From positions 457-64,456 of the forward strand of contig CAKPOA010000006.1 in NCBI GenBank assembly GCA_934169575.1: a stretch of 64,000 nucleotides of DNA, in the 5' to 3' direction. Source of the stretch: an uncultured Clostridia bacterium (GTDB lineage: Bacteria; Bacillota; Clostridia; TANB77; CAG-508). The position numbers and the translations under genes are program-made. Of this stretch, positions 63,857 through 64,000 are shown in pieces. The stretch's first letter is position 1. Every line of letters starts with the position of its first letter. A model generated the notes under the pieces. The model had not been told where the DNA came from, searched no databases, and was given only the letters and a program-made list of their open reading frames with translations.

Positions 63857-64000
63857 TTTTTCCCTCCTCTTACATTCTTCATTTCTCATAACTTTTACCC
63901 TTATATCATACAATATTATTTGAAAAATAGCAAGGTTTATTTTTAATTTTTTGATTTTTTTTTTAATACTGGTCAGCCTTAAAGTAATTTAAACCTAAAT

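Overview
Very AT-rich, gene-dense chromosomal segment, almost entirely transcribed from the minus strand. It comes from an endospore-forming anaerobic Firmicute, Clostridia-like: spoVAC/AD/AE, spoIVB, an electron-bifurcating-type HydABC [FeFe]-hydrogenase and pyruvate formate-lyase are all present. Recognisable blocks, left to right:
- SWIM-SNF2 helicase, a P-loop/Asp23 fusion, a GT2 synthase, and an orphan 836-aa adenosine-deaminase-fold multidomain protein.
- A complete Gram-positive type IV pilus locus (pilM/N-pilO-x-two tandem pilins-pilD-minor pilins-pilB-pilT-pilC).
- A Dlt-like surface-acylation operon carrying an extra PLP decarboxylase.
- The spoVA operon and the division cluster (divIB, 2x DUF881, sbp, ftsA, ftsZ).
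- A ROK kinase and two tRNAs.
- mgtA, spoIVB and mreB.
- pflBA and two surface/cell-wall proteins.
- ychF, a CDF transporter, trx genes, a cyclophilin, hydCBA and tmRNA.
- The ireB-ruvX-DUF1292 block, and a 917-aa receiver-like/ParA-like protein with AT-hooks.

I see no rRNA, CRISPR array, transposase, integrase or obvious prophage.

Most interesting:
1. A four-copy dispersed structured element. It has a GC-rich core of about 95 nt with a GNRA hairpin and two further hairpins, closed by long arms that differ between copies but stay complementary within each copy. One copy sits inside the spoVA operon.
2. The orphan deaminase-fold plus SLOG/LOG-like protein, a candidate nucleotide-targeting effector.
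3. The DltA/DltC-like + decarboxylase + MBOAT + SGNH operon.
4. The AT-hook-bearing TadZ/CpaE-like protein.

All coordinates of small motifs were hand-counted and may be off by 1-2 nt. All protein-family calls are motif recognition by eye, not database searches.
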